In this document: piece after piece, positions 21,941 through 30,984 of the stretch
How positions within the stretch are numbered: position 1 is the stretch's first letter
How the letters are laid out: the number at the start of each line of letters is the position of its first letter
Origin: a virus
Direction: 5' to 3' (one strand)
DNA length: 39,409 bases
IMG/VR virus record: IMGVR_UViG_3300027386_000002
Location: 1-39,409 of that record
Program-made: the position numbers and the translations under genes
Notes under the pieces: generated by a model
What the model saw: the letters and a program-made list of their open reading frames with translations, nothing else
Database searches by the model: none
Told to the model about the DNA's origin: nothing

Positions 21941-22132
21941 ATGATGGACGAAAAGGAAAAGAAGGGAAGGCAGCAGATCGAGAGCGCAATGAAGGTGCTC
22001 AAGGAAAAAGGCATCCGCATCTATGCGGGTAGTTGCGGGTGCTGCGATTCGCCGTGGCTTAAGGTCGAAGTAGAAGGGGAGGTCATATTGGATGTAGATG
22101 GGATAAACTTAGACATGTTCGGGGAAGGGTAA
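21941..22132 (+). CDS. Hypothetical protein (63 aa) with a CGCCDSPW motif
   Basis: The ORF is tightly spaced in the operon. Confidence 0.55.
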   Translation: MMDEKEKKGRQQIESAMKVLKEKGIRIYAGSCGCCDSPWLKVEVEGEVILDVDGINLDMFGEG

Positions 22133-22140
22133 TAGGAACG

Positions 22141-22740
22141 ATGCGGGTCTTAGTTGCTTGCGAGTGCTCAGGGCGCGTCAGGGATGCGTTTAGGGCGCGT
22201 GGCCACGACGCTGTCAGTTGCGATCTAAAGCCATCCGCGACGGACGGACCGCACATACAAGGCGACTGCTTGAAGGTCTTGAATACCGACTTTTGGGACA
22301 TGCTGATTGCGTTCCCGCCATGCACCTACTTGAGTTGTGCTACGCCATTGAACCATGATCCAGACCCAGAAAGGGCGATATTGCAACATGAGGCGGTCAA
22401 GTTCTTCTTCGCGCTCTACCACGCACCAATTGACCGGATATGCGTTGAGAATCCGCAAGGGATGATTAATGGGATCAAGAAGCCGACACAGCGCATTGAC
22501 CCATTTCTCTTCGGAGAGCCAATTTGCAAGCGGACATACCTATGGTTGCGGGGATTGCCGCCACTGTATCCCACCAAGGTTGTCAGGCCGTGCCAGGACA
22601 AGACGGAGCGGTGGTGGAACTCGGGCGGGCGAAAGGGAAGGCAGGCCAGTAGGGCCGTAACGTTCCAAGGGGTGGCCGAGGCCATGGCAGAGCAGTGGGG
22701 CCAGATCAAACAGCCGTGGCTTTCACCGTTGGGGATTTAG
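22141..22740 (+). CDS. DNA cytosine-C5 methyltransferase-like protein (199 aa, compact)
   Basis: It has FPPC (a motif IV Pro-Cys), VENP (motif VI ENV-like) and an N-terminal VLVACECSG in place of motif I. It is short for a full C5 methylase. Confidence 0.5.
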   Translation: MRVLVACECSGRVRDAFRARGHDAVSCDLKPSATDGPHIQGDCLKVLNTDFWDMLIAFPPCTYLSCATPLNHDPDPERAILQHEAVKFFFALYHAPIDRICVENPQGMINGIKKPTQRIDPFLFGEPICKRTYLWLRGLPPLYPTKVVRPCQDKTERWWNSGGRKGRQASRAVTFQGVAEAMAEQWGQIKQPWLSPLGI

Positions 22741-22828
22741 CCGGGCGAGCGTGGGTACACGTCAGAGCGGCGTGGCCCAAAAATAGAGTGGAACATCTGC
22801 TCGCCCGGCTTAACTAAGGAGGCAAGAA

Positions 22829-23044
22829 ATGAAGCGAAGCGAGGCACTTGCAGCACTCAACAAGATCGCGGAAGTATTAGACATTGACGGCGAACTAACG
22901 ATTGACGAAGAAGCATTGATATACTCGACTTTAATAGTCATAGCCGGATGGACGGGAGAAGAATGGGAGGCCGCGCTGAACGGCGTCAGGATGGTGCAAT
23001 GCACAAAAGCAATCAGAAACATCAGATTAGGAGACGCAACATGA
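22829..23044 (+). CDS. Hypothetical protein (71 aa)
   Basis: AAGGAGG precedes the ATG. Confidence 0.6.
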   Translation: MKRSEALAALNKIAEVLDIDGELTIDEEALIYSTLIVIAGWTGEEWEAALNGVRMVQCTKAIRNIRLGDAT

Positions 23045-23322
23045 GTCGACGAGACAAGCGAATCCGGGTGAGCGAGAGGACGCTGGGGCTAATCCGGGAG
23101 GAGCACCCCAACGTCATGGACACCATAGCGCTCGAAGAGTTGGTTCAACACTATTTCCGGTTGAAAGATCGGAACAAGCTCATCGAGGAGGCGCTCGAGG
23201 AAGAGGTTAGGAGGAGCCGGAGGTTCAAGAACAAGTCGGACAAGCGCGACAAGGTCATAGCGTGGATGATCGTTTCGGCGGTCGCGACGGCGTTGTTCGC
23301 ATTGTTTGCCGCTTTCGCTTAG
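23041..23322 (+). CDS. Hypothetical protein with a C-terminal transmembrane helix (93 aa)
   Basis: Its start forms an ATGA overlap with the upstream stop. The C-terminus is VIAWMIVSAVATALFALFAAFA. Confidence 0.6.
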   Translation: MSRRDKRIRVSERTLGLIREEHPNVMDTIALEELVQHYFRLKDRNKLIEEALEEEVRRSRRFKNKSDKRDKVIAWMIVSAVATALFALFAAFA

Positions 23323-23339
23323 TCGTATATTAGTTTCAA

Positions 23340-23365
23340 GTGGATGGTATGGTATTGTGGATAAG
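23340..23365 (+). repeat. GTGGAT(A/G) heptamer pair upstream of element copy C
   Basis: gtggatgg at 23340-23347 and gtggataa at 23358-23365. The arrangement is the same as upstream of copy A. Confidence 0.65.
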
Positions 23366-23378
23366 CAACCCTGTTATG

Positions 23379-23461
23379 CCCGACTTGACGGGGGCATATT
23401 CCATTTCCATCGACAGCAATAGTCCCGTACGGCGCGGAGTAAGGGGCCTCAATCCAGACCT
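23379..23461 (+). repeat. Conserved approximately 83-nt element, copy C
   Basis: It aligns with copies A and B. It ends 23 nt before the tail-fibre ATG and 9 nt before its AAGGAGA SD. Confidence 0.85.
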
Positions 23462-23484
23462 AAAAGGCAAAAGGAGAACGTACC

Positions 23485-26400
23485 ATGCAGCAGTTTCTTT
23501 CTCTTCTAATGATGGCTTGGGCTTTGTCCTATGGCCTCGTGGCAGTCAACGCCCAATCATATGCGCCAGGAACCGGCCAGAAGGCGGAGTATCAGCCAAT
23601 CAGGCAGGCATACCAGGAGACCGGCCCGGGCGACAAGCTCATAACGGTAGCCGATCTGGATGGCGCATTCCTCAAGTCCATCGAAGTGTCGGCCAACGCC
23701 GAGGGGCTGCGGACGATCAGGATCGTCTATCAGGACGAGAACAACCAAGAGGGGACGCTGATCTATACCGAGCGCACCGGCGGGGAGCTGGCCGGGGCGC
23801 TCGACAGGACGCTGGGCACCGGCTGGCGCACCGGCGGCGGCAGCGGCGGAGGTGGATCGGCACCGACCAACCTGTCCACGTCGCCAGCGGCCAGCAGCGT
23901 GGTGATACGGTCCTCGACCGGCACGGACGCGACCATACCGGCGGCCACCACCTCGCAGGCCGGTGTGATGACATCGGCGGACAGGACGAAGCTCAATGGC
24001 ATATCCGCTAACGCCATAGCCGCCGCGCAGGCCACCACCATCGCCGACGCACGGGCGCAACTGCGCTTCACCAACGCCGAGAAGTCCAAGCTATCGCAGA
24101 TATTGGTCAGCCGTCAGTTGCCATCGGGCGGCAGCACGGGGCAGATACTGACCAAGCAGTCCGGCACCGACTTCGATGTGACATGGCTGGACGCACCCGA
24201 GGGCGGGGGCGACGGCACGACCAACCTGAGCGTCACGCGCACGTCCGACGACGTGACCGTTGGGTCGTCCACGGGAAGAAGCGCGGTCATAACGGCAGCG
24301 ACCACCACGCAGGCCGGTGTGATGAGCGCAGCCGACAAGTCCAAGCTCAATGGCATCGAGACGGGGGCCACGGCAGACCAGACCGGCGCGGAGATGGTCA
24401 CGGCACTCTCGGGGCTGTCGGGCAGTGCGAGGCTACCAGCCAGCGCCGTGCGCGATCTGCCGACGGGCGGGGGAGGCGACACCGACGGGACGCCAGCGCG
24501 GACGGAGCGGCTGCTGTTCGCCAACCTGACCAACATCGGCAACACGCCCGTAGCCTTGACCACGAGGGCGACGGGCTTCTCGCAAGTGGTCTTCCCGGCA
24601 GGCCAGACGACGACGGAATTGGTGACGGCGACCGCGTCGGCCACATCGTTCGCGGTGGCCAAGGCCGGAACCTACTTGCTCGACTTGACGGGCTTGGTGC
24701 AGCGCGGCAACCCGGACAACAACCGCGTCAATTTTCAGGGCGACATACGCGACGCCAGCAACGCCGTCGTGGGGCGCATATCGGGCTTCTACCAGCGCAC
24801 CGTGCCCAACGCGGGTATCGATGAGGTCTTGGTCGGCTACTTGACCACCACGGCCGACAATTCGGCTGTCACCGTCAGGCTGTTCACGCCGACATCGCCG
24901 AGCGGTAGCGGATCGGCCACCAGCGCCGTCAACTTCTCAAACGTAGCCCTCAACATCACGCCCTTGCTCAACGTCGAGGGCACCGGCGGAGGGGGCACGG
25001 CAGCGCCGACCAACCTATCCATCCAGCGCACGTCGAACAACGTGGTCATCGAGTCGTCCACCGGCACCAACGCGACGATTCCACCGGCCACATCTTCGTT
25101 GGCAGGCACCATGTCGGCCAGCGACAAGGCGACGCTCTCGGCCACCCTGTCGCGCACGGCGGTTGCTCAGGTAGCGGCGGGGGCGGCCAGCAGCCGGTTC
25201 ACCGACGCGGAGAAGTCCAAGCTCAACGGTATCGAGACGGGAGCCACGGCAGACCAGACCGGCGCGGAGATGGTCGCGGCACTATCCGGTCTCGCAGGCA
25301 GTGCGAGGCTACCAGCCAGCGCCGTGCGCGATCTGCCGACGGGCGGGAGCGGGGCCGACGCCACGGCCAGAGCGGCAACGGTGGTCAACAGGGACAGCAT
25401 CAACGCAATGCGCCCGAGGATAGCCGACAACAGCCGAGAGTTCCTGATCATCCCCAACGAATGGGTCAGAACCACCGACGCCCGTTCGTTCGTGCTGCAT
25501 CTGGATGCAGGCGCATTTCCAAGTGGCGCAACGCAGATCCAAGTGACCATTCACGGCGTCAACGTCAATCGACAAGCACTGACGGCGGATGATACCGACT
25601 ACACCATAGCCATCAACGCATCCAATGCCGGAACGATAGCACGCGCAATACGCAGCACGACAACAGTGCTCAAGGTCGAGGTGCACTATCAGAACGCGAG
25701 TGCGGTAACGCTCGCCGAGCACGACTTCTTGATTCCGGTGGTCTCGGCGGCCACGCCGGGGGGCATCACGGCAGCGGAGCGGACGAAGCTATCGGGTATC
25801 GAATCGGGGGCCATAGGGCCAGCGGCGGCCACGGCCATAGCCAACGCACGAGCCGCAGCCCGGTTCACGGACGCGGAGAAGACCAAGCTCAACGGCGTCG
25901 AGTCCGGAGCGACCGCCGACCAGACCGGCACCGAGATTGTGGGATTGCTTGAGGGACTGTCAGGCAATGCGCGGTTGCAGGCCAGCGCCATCCGCGACCT
26001 ACCCAGCGGCGGGGGGAGCGGAGAAGACGCCACGGCCAGAGCAGCGGCGCAGGTAAACCTCGACAGCATCAACGCGATGCGACCGAGGGTAACCGCCAAC
26101 AGCCGCGATTTCCTGATGAGTCCAAACGAATGGATAGCAGGAAGCACAGGCATTCAACTCTATAGGCTGCATCTGGATGACACCGCCATTCCGACGGGCG
26201 CAACGCAGATACAGATATTATTTCAAGGCATAACCTTTGGTCGCAGACCAATAGTCGCTAGCGATACCGATTACCTTATAACAATCAACTCAGGTAATAC
26301 GGCAAGAATAGAAACAGCCATCAGCGGGCTGACGGCGCTTAGGGTAGAGGTGCGATTTGATAACGCGTTAGGGCAAGCGCTTGCAAGGCACGACTTCCTG

Positions 26401-27405
26401 ATTCCGATTCTATCGGAGCTCACGGCGCGTCCGGGCTACACGTTCGCCGAGCGGATGAAGCTCCAAGGCGTCGAGGCGGGGGCCACAGCAGACCAGACCG
26501 GCGCGGAGATGGTCACGGCACTATCGGCACTATCGGGCAACGACAGGCTACCAGCGTCCGCCGTGCGCGACCTACCCAGCGGCGGGGGCAGCGGAGGCGG
26601 GGCCGTCCTGCAGGACGTGGTGGAGTTCCCCACAACCGTCTCGCGATTGGAGTTCACCGAGAACCCGGATGCCACCTATGGCACGGCGGGAAGTACGCAC
26701 AGGGAGCGCTACACCGAGATAAACGGCAAGACGTTCGTCTTCACGGGAACAACGACCAAAACGGTCTTTCTCGCAGACCTCATCTTCATCAACAGCGAGG
26801 GGGTGCGCGACGACGTAGCCGGGTCGGTCTTCTACGTAATGAACTATGGGAACTCGGGCAACGTAACATTCGGAGGCGGTGGCATAGCGGACATACGGCC
26901 CACCACCGCACAGGGCGGGGCGACGATTCTACCGGGCTACGGCGCGTTCATCTTCCTGAATCCGCACCAGAGCACGCGCTTCTTTCTCCAGGTGGTGGCG
27001 TGGAACAGGGACTTCTTGCCGGAATCACCGGAAACGCTAATAGGAACACCTACGAGCGACGTGACGTACACAAATGACGCTTGGAACCTAATGTCTGGTA
27101 GCGTTAGGGCTATATCTTCAGCGGATGACAGGAAGACGTTGGAGTTGTCGCTTTTGGGGGATGGGGGGATATGGGTTTCCGCTTATTTCCCGGCAGACCT
27201 GTTTAGAAATGCGGGGAACATAACATCCGGAGGCACTTCGACAACTAATGCAATAGCTCTAACGTTCCCAGCCGCTGAGACCGGTTTTGACATTTCAGAT
27301 TCGGGAAGGGAAACGGTCTATATGGGGCGCGTGAACAACGCATGGTATATAGCTTCATCGGCATTGAGTAACTACGCCCGCCACAGGGTGAGGCTAAGGC
27401 CGTAA
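23485..27405 (+). CDS. Tail fibre / receptor-binding protein with modular repeats (1306 aa)
   Basis: It has a signal-like N-terminus. Motifs of the form TNLS..SSTG..ATIP.ATT.QAGVMSA.DKSKLNGIE and ADQTGAEMV.ALSGL.G.ARLPASAVRDLP.GG recur, which is typical of phage fibre repeats. It also contains two tandem modules of about 200 aa. Confidence 0.75.
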   Translation: MQQFLSLLMMAWALSYGLVAVNAQSYAPGTGQKAEYQPIRQAYQETGPGDKLITVADLDGAFLKSIEVSANAEGLRTIRIVYQDENNQEGTLIYTERTGGELAGALDRTLGTGWRTGGGSGGGGSAPTNLSTSPAASSVVIRSSTGTDATIPAATTSQAGVMTSADRTKLNGISANAIAAAQATTIADARAQLRFTNAEKSKLSQILVSRQLPSGGSTGQILTKQSGTDFDVTWLDAPEGGGDGTTNLSVTRTSDDVTVGSSTGRSAVITAATTTQAGVMSAADKSKLNGIETGATADQTGAEMVTALSGLSGSARLPASAVRDLPTGGGGDTDGTPARTERLLFANLTNIGNTPVALTTRATGFSQVVFPAGQTTTELVTATASATSFAVAKAGTYLLDLTGLVQRGNPDNNRVNFQGDIRDASNAVVGRISGFYQRTVPNAGIDEVLVGYLTTTADNSAVTVRLFTPTSPSGSGSATSAVNFSNVALNITPLLNVEGTGGGGTAAPTNLSIQRTSNNVVIESSTGTNATIPPATSSLAGTMSASDKATLSATLSRTAVAQVAAGAASSRFTDAEKSKLNGIETGATADQTGAEMVAALSGLAGSARLPASAVRDLPTGGSGADATARAATVVNRDSINAMRPRIADNSREFLIIPNEWVRTTDARSFVLHLDAGAFPSGATQIQVTIHGVNVNRQALTADDTDYTIAINASNAGTIARAIRSTTTVLKVEVHYQNASAVTLAEHDFLIPVVSAATPGGITAAERTKLSGIESGAIGPAAATAIANARAAARFTDAEKTKLNGVESGATADQTGTEIVGLLEGLSGNARLQASAIRDLPSGGGSGEDATARAAAQVNLDSINAMRPRVTANSRDFLMSPNEWIAGSTGIQLYRLHLDDTAIPTGATQIQILFQGITFGRRPIVASDTDYLITINSGNTARIETAISGLTALRVEVRFDNALGQALARHDFLIPILSELTARPGYTFAERMKLQGVEAGATADQTGAEMVTALSALSGNDRLPASAVRDLPSGGGSGGGAVLQDVVEFPTTVSRLEFTENPDATYGTAGSTHRERYTEINGKTFVFTGTTTKTVFLADLIFINSEGVRDDVAGSVFYVMNYGNSGNVTFGGGGIADIRPTTAQGGATILPGYGAFIFLNPHQSTRFFLQVVAWNRDFLPESPETLIGTPTSDVTYTNDAWNLMSGSVRAISSADDRKTLELSLLGDGGIWVSAYFPADLFRNAGNITSGGTSTTNAIALTFPAAETGFDISDSGRETVYMGRVNNAWYIASSALSNYARHRVRLRP
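24337..24471 (+). repeat. Intragenic 135-nt repeat, copy 1
   Basis: It aligns with 25213-25347. The last 51 nt (24421-24471) are identical to 25297-25347. Confidence 0.85.
25213..25347 (+). repeat. Intragenic 135-nt repeat, copy 2
   Basis: See copy 1. Confidence 0.85.
26458..26588 (+). repeat. Intragenic repeat, copy 3 (more diverged)
   Basis: gccacagcagaccagaccggcgcggagatggtcacggcactatcggc...ccgccgtgcgcgacctacccagcggcggggg. A fourth diverged copy lies at about 25870-26005. Confidence 0.7.
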
Positions 27406-27422
27406 ACGAAAGGAGGCGCATC

Positions 27423-27572
27423 ATGGCGTTAGAGATAGTCGACAAGTGCGAGCATTGCGAATCCGAAGACATCGACATCACCGAATGCGAATTATGCGGA
27501 TTCGTATTGCGCGTCAAGTGCATGACCTGCGGAAGCGAAGACGAAAGTTTCCACTGCGTCTGCGAGGATTAA
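27423..27572 (+). CDS. Small zinc-ribbon protein (49 aa)
   Basis: AAAGGAGG precedes the ATG. The Cys pattern is CEHC...CELC...CMTC...CVC. It falls below the track cutoff. Confidence 0.55.
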   Translation: MALEIVDKCEHCESEDIDITECELCGFVLRVKCMTCGSEDESFHCVCED

Positions 27573-27644
27573 GTTGCAAGCGATAAGCGGGTTGCATAGC
27601 TTCAACAGCTCAGCCACCAACAACATCCAGAAGGGAGACCCACC

Positions 27645-27860
27645 ATGAACGTCAAAGATCATTTGCACCACATCTTGGGCCCGATCGTCGGCGACATCGA
27701 GCATTATGTACAGTTGGGCTTGGACGCCAAGCAGGTCGTCTCCGCCGTCGTACACACGCACGAGCGGGCCGGTCATCCGCCCGACAAGCTCAAGGCCATC
27801 GAGGACGTAGCGGTCGCGCTGCTCAACGCACGGGATGCCTTCTTTCCGCAAGTGATATAG
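27645..27860 (+). CDS. Hypothetical protein (71 aa)
   Basis: AAGGGAG precedes the ATG. It is co-directional with its neighbours, so I prefer it to the antisense ORF at 27492-27881. Confidence 0.55.
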   Translation: MNVKDHLHHILGPIVGDIEHYVQLGLDAKQVVSAVVHTHERAGHPPDKLKAIEDVAVALLNARDAFFPQVI

Positions 27861-27864
27861 GGGC

Positions 27865-28377
27865 ATGATGACCAGGTTCATTCTACTGTCGTTGCTCCTG
27901 TTCGCGTCTTGTCGGCCCTATGACGTGTTCGACAAGTGGGCCAACCATTATTTCAAAGACGAGCCGGCGGTGTCCGGAGACCTGCTGCGGCGGATAGCTC
28001 AGGTCGAGTCGTCCATGGACGCGAGGGCCATATCACCAGCCGGTGCGCGTGGCATAATGCAGATAGAGCCGGAGACGTTCAGATGGATCCAGAGCAAGGA
28101 ACCGGCGCTGGCGGGGCTGCACGTCGATGAGCTCTTTAACGTTGACGTGAACGTGAGGGCCGCGACGTGGTATCTGCGTTGGCTGTGGGATCAGTGGCCC
28201 AACAGACCGGCCAGAGAGCGGCTAAAATACGTTTTGGGCAGCTACAACGCCGGTATTGGCCACATCAGGCGCGCCGACAAGGATACGTGGGCGCGGACGG
28301 AGATAGCGCTGTGCGCGGAGACAAGCTCAGCGTCATGCCACCAGACGCAGAAGTATGTCAGGGAGATACTGCCATGA
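27865..28377 (+). CDS. Lytic transglycosylase (SLT domain) endolysin with a lipoprotein-type signal (170 aa)
   Basis: It has the lipobox-like LLFASC, the catalytic context QVESSMD...GARGIMQI, and YNAG. Confidence 0.8.
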   Translation: MMTRFILLSLLLFASCRPYDVFDKWANHYFKDEPAVSGDLLRRIAQVESSMDARAISPAGARGIMQIEPETFRWIQSKEPALAGLHVDELFNVDVNVRAATWYLRWLWDQWPNRPARERLKYVLGSYNAGIGHIRRADKDTWARTEIALCAETSSASCHQTQKYVREILP

Positions 28378-28679
28378 GCTTACTGATGGAATTCTTCCTA
28401 ATCGAGTACGCCATCCTGTTGCTGTTGGGCATCATCTTCGGGGTGGGCAGCTCGTTGGCGTGGTTCAGGATGGGCGGCAAGCCGGTCAAGAAGCTGCTGT
28501 TGACCACAGCCGTCAGCGAGCGCGACAGGATCAGGCTGCAGCTGCGCGACGAGGATGGGGAGCTACTGCTTCAATCGCCGGCCGGGTTCACTCACGTGGA
28601 CGAATTGAAAAAGAGGGCCGAGGAGATAGCTCAGCGGGTGATTGTGATCGACGAGAACGCGGAGGGCTTGAAGGGGTGA
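28374..28679 (+). CDS. Membrane-anchored protein with a DUF1508/YegP-like C-domain (101 aa); possible lysis accessory protein
   Basis: Its start forms an ATGA overlap with the upstream stop. It has an N-terminal TM helix (FFLIEYAILLLLGIIFGVGSSLAWF). The segment RIRLQLRDEDGELLLQSPAGFTHVDELKKRAEEI resembles YegP repeats. Confidence 0.6.
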   Translation: MSLLMEFFLIEYAILLLLGIIFGVGSSLAWFRMGGKPVKKLLLTTAVSERDRIRLQLRDEDGELLLQSPAGFTHVDELKKRAEEIAQRVIVIDENAEGLKG

Positions 28680-28707
28680 AGCGATTGAAACTGAAGTAGA
28701 GCCAATA

Positions 28708-28752
28708 GAAAGGCCCCGGTGATAGAGGAGAATCACCGGGGCCTTTCTCTGT
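28708..28752. terminator. Bidirectional terminator between convergent transcription units
   Basis: A 16-bp perfect stem (gaaaggccccggtgat / atcaccggggcctttc) with an 8-nt loop is followed by tctctgtt. Confidence 0.7.
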
Positions 28753-28764
28753 TCAGCGCGGAGG

Positions 28765-29490
28765 CTATTCGCCGCCGCCACCAGCATCACCACCGCCATC
28801 GGGCGCTTGCTCACCGCTGCCATCAGCCTCGATGGCCTTGGCTGCGGACTCACCGGCCTGCTCAACCGCCTTAGAGTCGCTGAGCGCCTTCTGCTTCATG
28901 ACCTCAACCTGAGCGCCATAGATCATCATGCGGGCCTCGTTGGCCATGCGCGAGAACTCGGAGGCTTGGTCGATGGCTTTGGCCAGTCCCTCCGGCAAAG
29001 CGCCCCTCTTCATTTTGAGGTTCATAGAGATCTTAGCCGTCATATCCGTGGTTCTGGTTTGCTCGGATTTGTGGGTGACCTCACAGGACATAGAGGCATG
29101 AGCCGAGACGGGGCCCCAGCCACCGGAGACACCAGCTTCTGTCTTAGCATTGACGCCGGTCTCGGACTTGTCTTCGGTGTGGGATCCGATGTTCATTTCA
29201 AAATCGAATTCGGCAGTGTCGTACTCAAAGCGTTGCGCCTCCACCGCTTCAATGGGCGGCAGCGATGAAATGCGGTGCAAGTCGTTAAACGGCTCAGGCA
29301 TCGACTCGATCTGATGGATCTCGATATTCGGCGCCTTGAGAAGCGGCTGAATGAAATTCGCTAAGTGTCTGATCTGACCGTTAGTGTCGGAGTCCTGCAG
29401 CGCTCCGCTTATCTCAGCTATCTTGGCAGCCAGCGTGCCGAAGGCGGTGGACATGTTATCAACAAGTGCCTCATTGCTTGGCCCGGCCAT
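28765..29490 (-). CDS. Hypothetical virion-operon protein (241 aa) with a Gly/Asp-rich C-terminus
   Basis: AGGAGA precedes the ATG. It is the last gene of the minus-strand late operon. Confidence 0.65.
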   Translation of the reverse strand: MAGPSNEALVDNMSTAFGTLAAKIAEISGALQDSDTNGQIRHLANFIQPLLKAPNIEIHQIESMPEPFNDLHRISSLPPIEAVEAQRFEYDTAEFDFEMNIGSHTEDKSETGVNAKTEAGVSGGWGPVSAHASMSCEVTHKSEQTRTTDMTAKISMNLKMKRGALPEGLAKAIDQASEFSRMANEARMMIYGAQVEVMKQKALSDSKAVEQAGESAAKAIEADGSGEQAPDGGGDAGGGGE

Positions 29491-29914
29491 CGTCTTTCTC
29501 CTGTTTAGCCACCCTAGCGCGGTGGTCGTTTATATGCTCTCTATTCACTTCGTTGGCACGTTCACGCGCCAGCTCAAGCGACTCAAGTGGATTCGTAGCC
29601 TCAAAGCTAACTTCTACGTCTATCTCTGGCAACTTACGAAAAAGACCATTCTTGAGGTGCACCCACATGTCGCCATCCTCGTCTTCTTCGAGGTAGGCTT
29701 TGGTCTGCAACGTAACCTCAGAAGGGCGCATGGAGGAGTTGGGCAGGTTGGCCGCGCCCTCCACCTTGAGCGGCTGTCCGGCTATGTCTATCTCGCAGCC
29801 GAGTTCTTCGGGTGCTCGTTTGGCAGAGCCAACGGTATGGCGCGTCGTATCGTGGACGGCATGCTCGACACTTTGACAGAGAGTCGAGAGGAATCTGGAG
29901 AGGGAGAGGGCCAT
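29471..29914 (-). CDS. Hypothetical protein (147 aa)
   Basis: The ORF is tightly packed in the late operon. Confidence 0.65.
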   Translation of the reverse strand: MALSLSRFLSTLCQSVEHAVHDTTRHTVGSAKRAPEELGCEIDIAGQPLKVEGAANLPNSSMRPSEVTLQTKAYLEEDEDGDMWVHLKNGLFRKLPEIDVEVSFEATNPLESLELARERANEVNREHINDHRARVAKQEKDDGRAKQ

Positions 29915-29916
29915 GA

Positions 29917-30918
29917 TTATCCGTAGCGGAAAGAGATGGTTTGACCGGCAAGGTTAGTGGGCATGCGACGTCGCGAGACACCGATAATGTAGCCTTGGCC
30001 GTCCACCACAAGACTGGCACCGCCTTGCGGCACGAAAGCACCGGCGGCGGAGCTGTCGTCCAAGAACACATCACGCGGGTAGCCGCGTGGCGACTCGACA
30101 CCGAAGAACAGGTAGCCGGTATCGGTGCCGAGCGTAGAGACGGGTATGCGCGTCGATTCGTCCGTAGAGCGCGTGGAAATCTGAAACTCAGCTTGAGTGA
30201 CCATGTTGTCGGCAGACCAGCCCACGTACACGACGTGCTCAACCGGCTCCAGCGCCGCCACGCGGTCTTCCAGCGCGGTGAGCTCCATCGGGCTGGCGAG
30301 CCTGTAGTTGACGCCGTTGATGGTGATGGAAGAGAGTTGACCGTCTTGGTCGTCCGTGGCCGGGTTGGCTTCCACCTGCAGGTCGGCGTTGATGGTGATG
30401 CGTTCGGTCACGTCGTCGTGGTCGAGGTCGATGCGGTTGCCTTGGTGGATTATCGCTTTGACCAGCAGGTAAATGTCATCGACGGTGATGGGCAGGGCCG
30501 AGCCGGGGACACTACCAAAGCCACCAGTAGTGCCGAAGCTGCCATAAGCGAGCTGGCTTTCCGATTCGGCAGAGGCAGCCAAGCGCAGGCCACCCTCAGC
30601 GCCGACCTGGTCGAGTAGTTTTTCCGCTTGCTCGAAGTAGGCTTGTCCGCGTTCAACGTCTCCTTCACCGAAAAGAAGCTGTGAGGCGGCCAAGCGCGAC
30701 GAGATGGGCCGAGCCAACGAGAGCAGGTTGTCGTCGTCGTACGGCCCTTCGCCCAGTCCGATGGCAACGAAGCGGGCCGAGATGATGGCGAAGGCGTCAC
30801 CGATGGCTTCTTCCACTTCGTCCAGTGTGGGCGTCGTATCAGCCGAGTACTGAGCGCCGGTGAGCCGGGTTATATCGGTCGCGACGGAAAAGCCATCTAC
30901 TCCGATGGTGATTGCCAT
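29917..30918 (-). CDS. Tail or fibre-associated structural protein (333 aa)
   Basis: GAAGG precedes the ATG. It has a beta-rich C-terminal half. The call is positional. Confidence 0.6.
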   Translation of the reverse strand: MAITIGVDGFSVATDITRLTGAQYSADTTPTLDEVEEAIGDAFAIISARFVAIGLGEGPYDDDNLLSLARPISSRLAASQLLFGEGDVERGQAYFEQAEKLLDQVGAEGGLRLAASAESESQLAYGSFGTTGGFGSVPGSALPITVDDIYLLVKAIIHQGNRIDLDHDDVTERITINADLQVEANPATDDQDGQLSSITINGVNYRLASPMELTALEDRVAALEPVEHVVYVGWSADNMVTQAEFQISTRSTDESTRIPVSTLGTDTGYLFFGVESPRGYPRDVFLDDSSAAGAFVPQGGASLVVDGQGYIIGVSRRRMPTNLAGQTISFRYG

Positions 30919-30984
30919 GAGAAAAACCTTCTTTCGTTAGTTTCAATCGTTCCAAAGATACCAATACAGCGCAGTAGCAACAAA

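Noticed and set aside
23485-27405. Diversity-generating retroelement (DGR) targeting the tail fibre
   Set aside because: The genome has no reverse transcriptase gene. The intragenic repeats differ at all base types rather than at adenine-specific positions.
27492-27881. A 129-aa minus-strand ORF
   Set aside because: It is antisense to two plus-strand small genes that have strong SD sites and sit in a plus-strand operon between the fibre gene and the endolysin gene.
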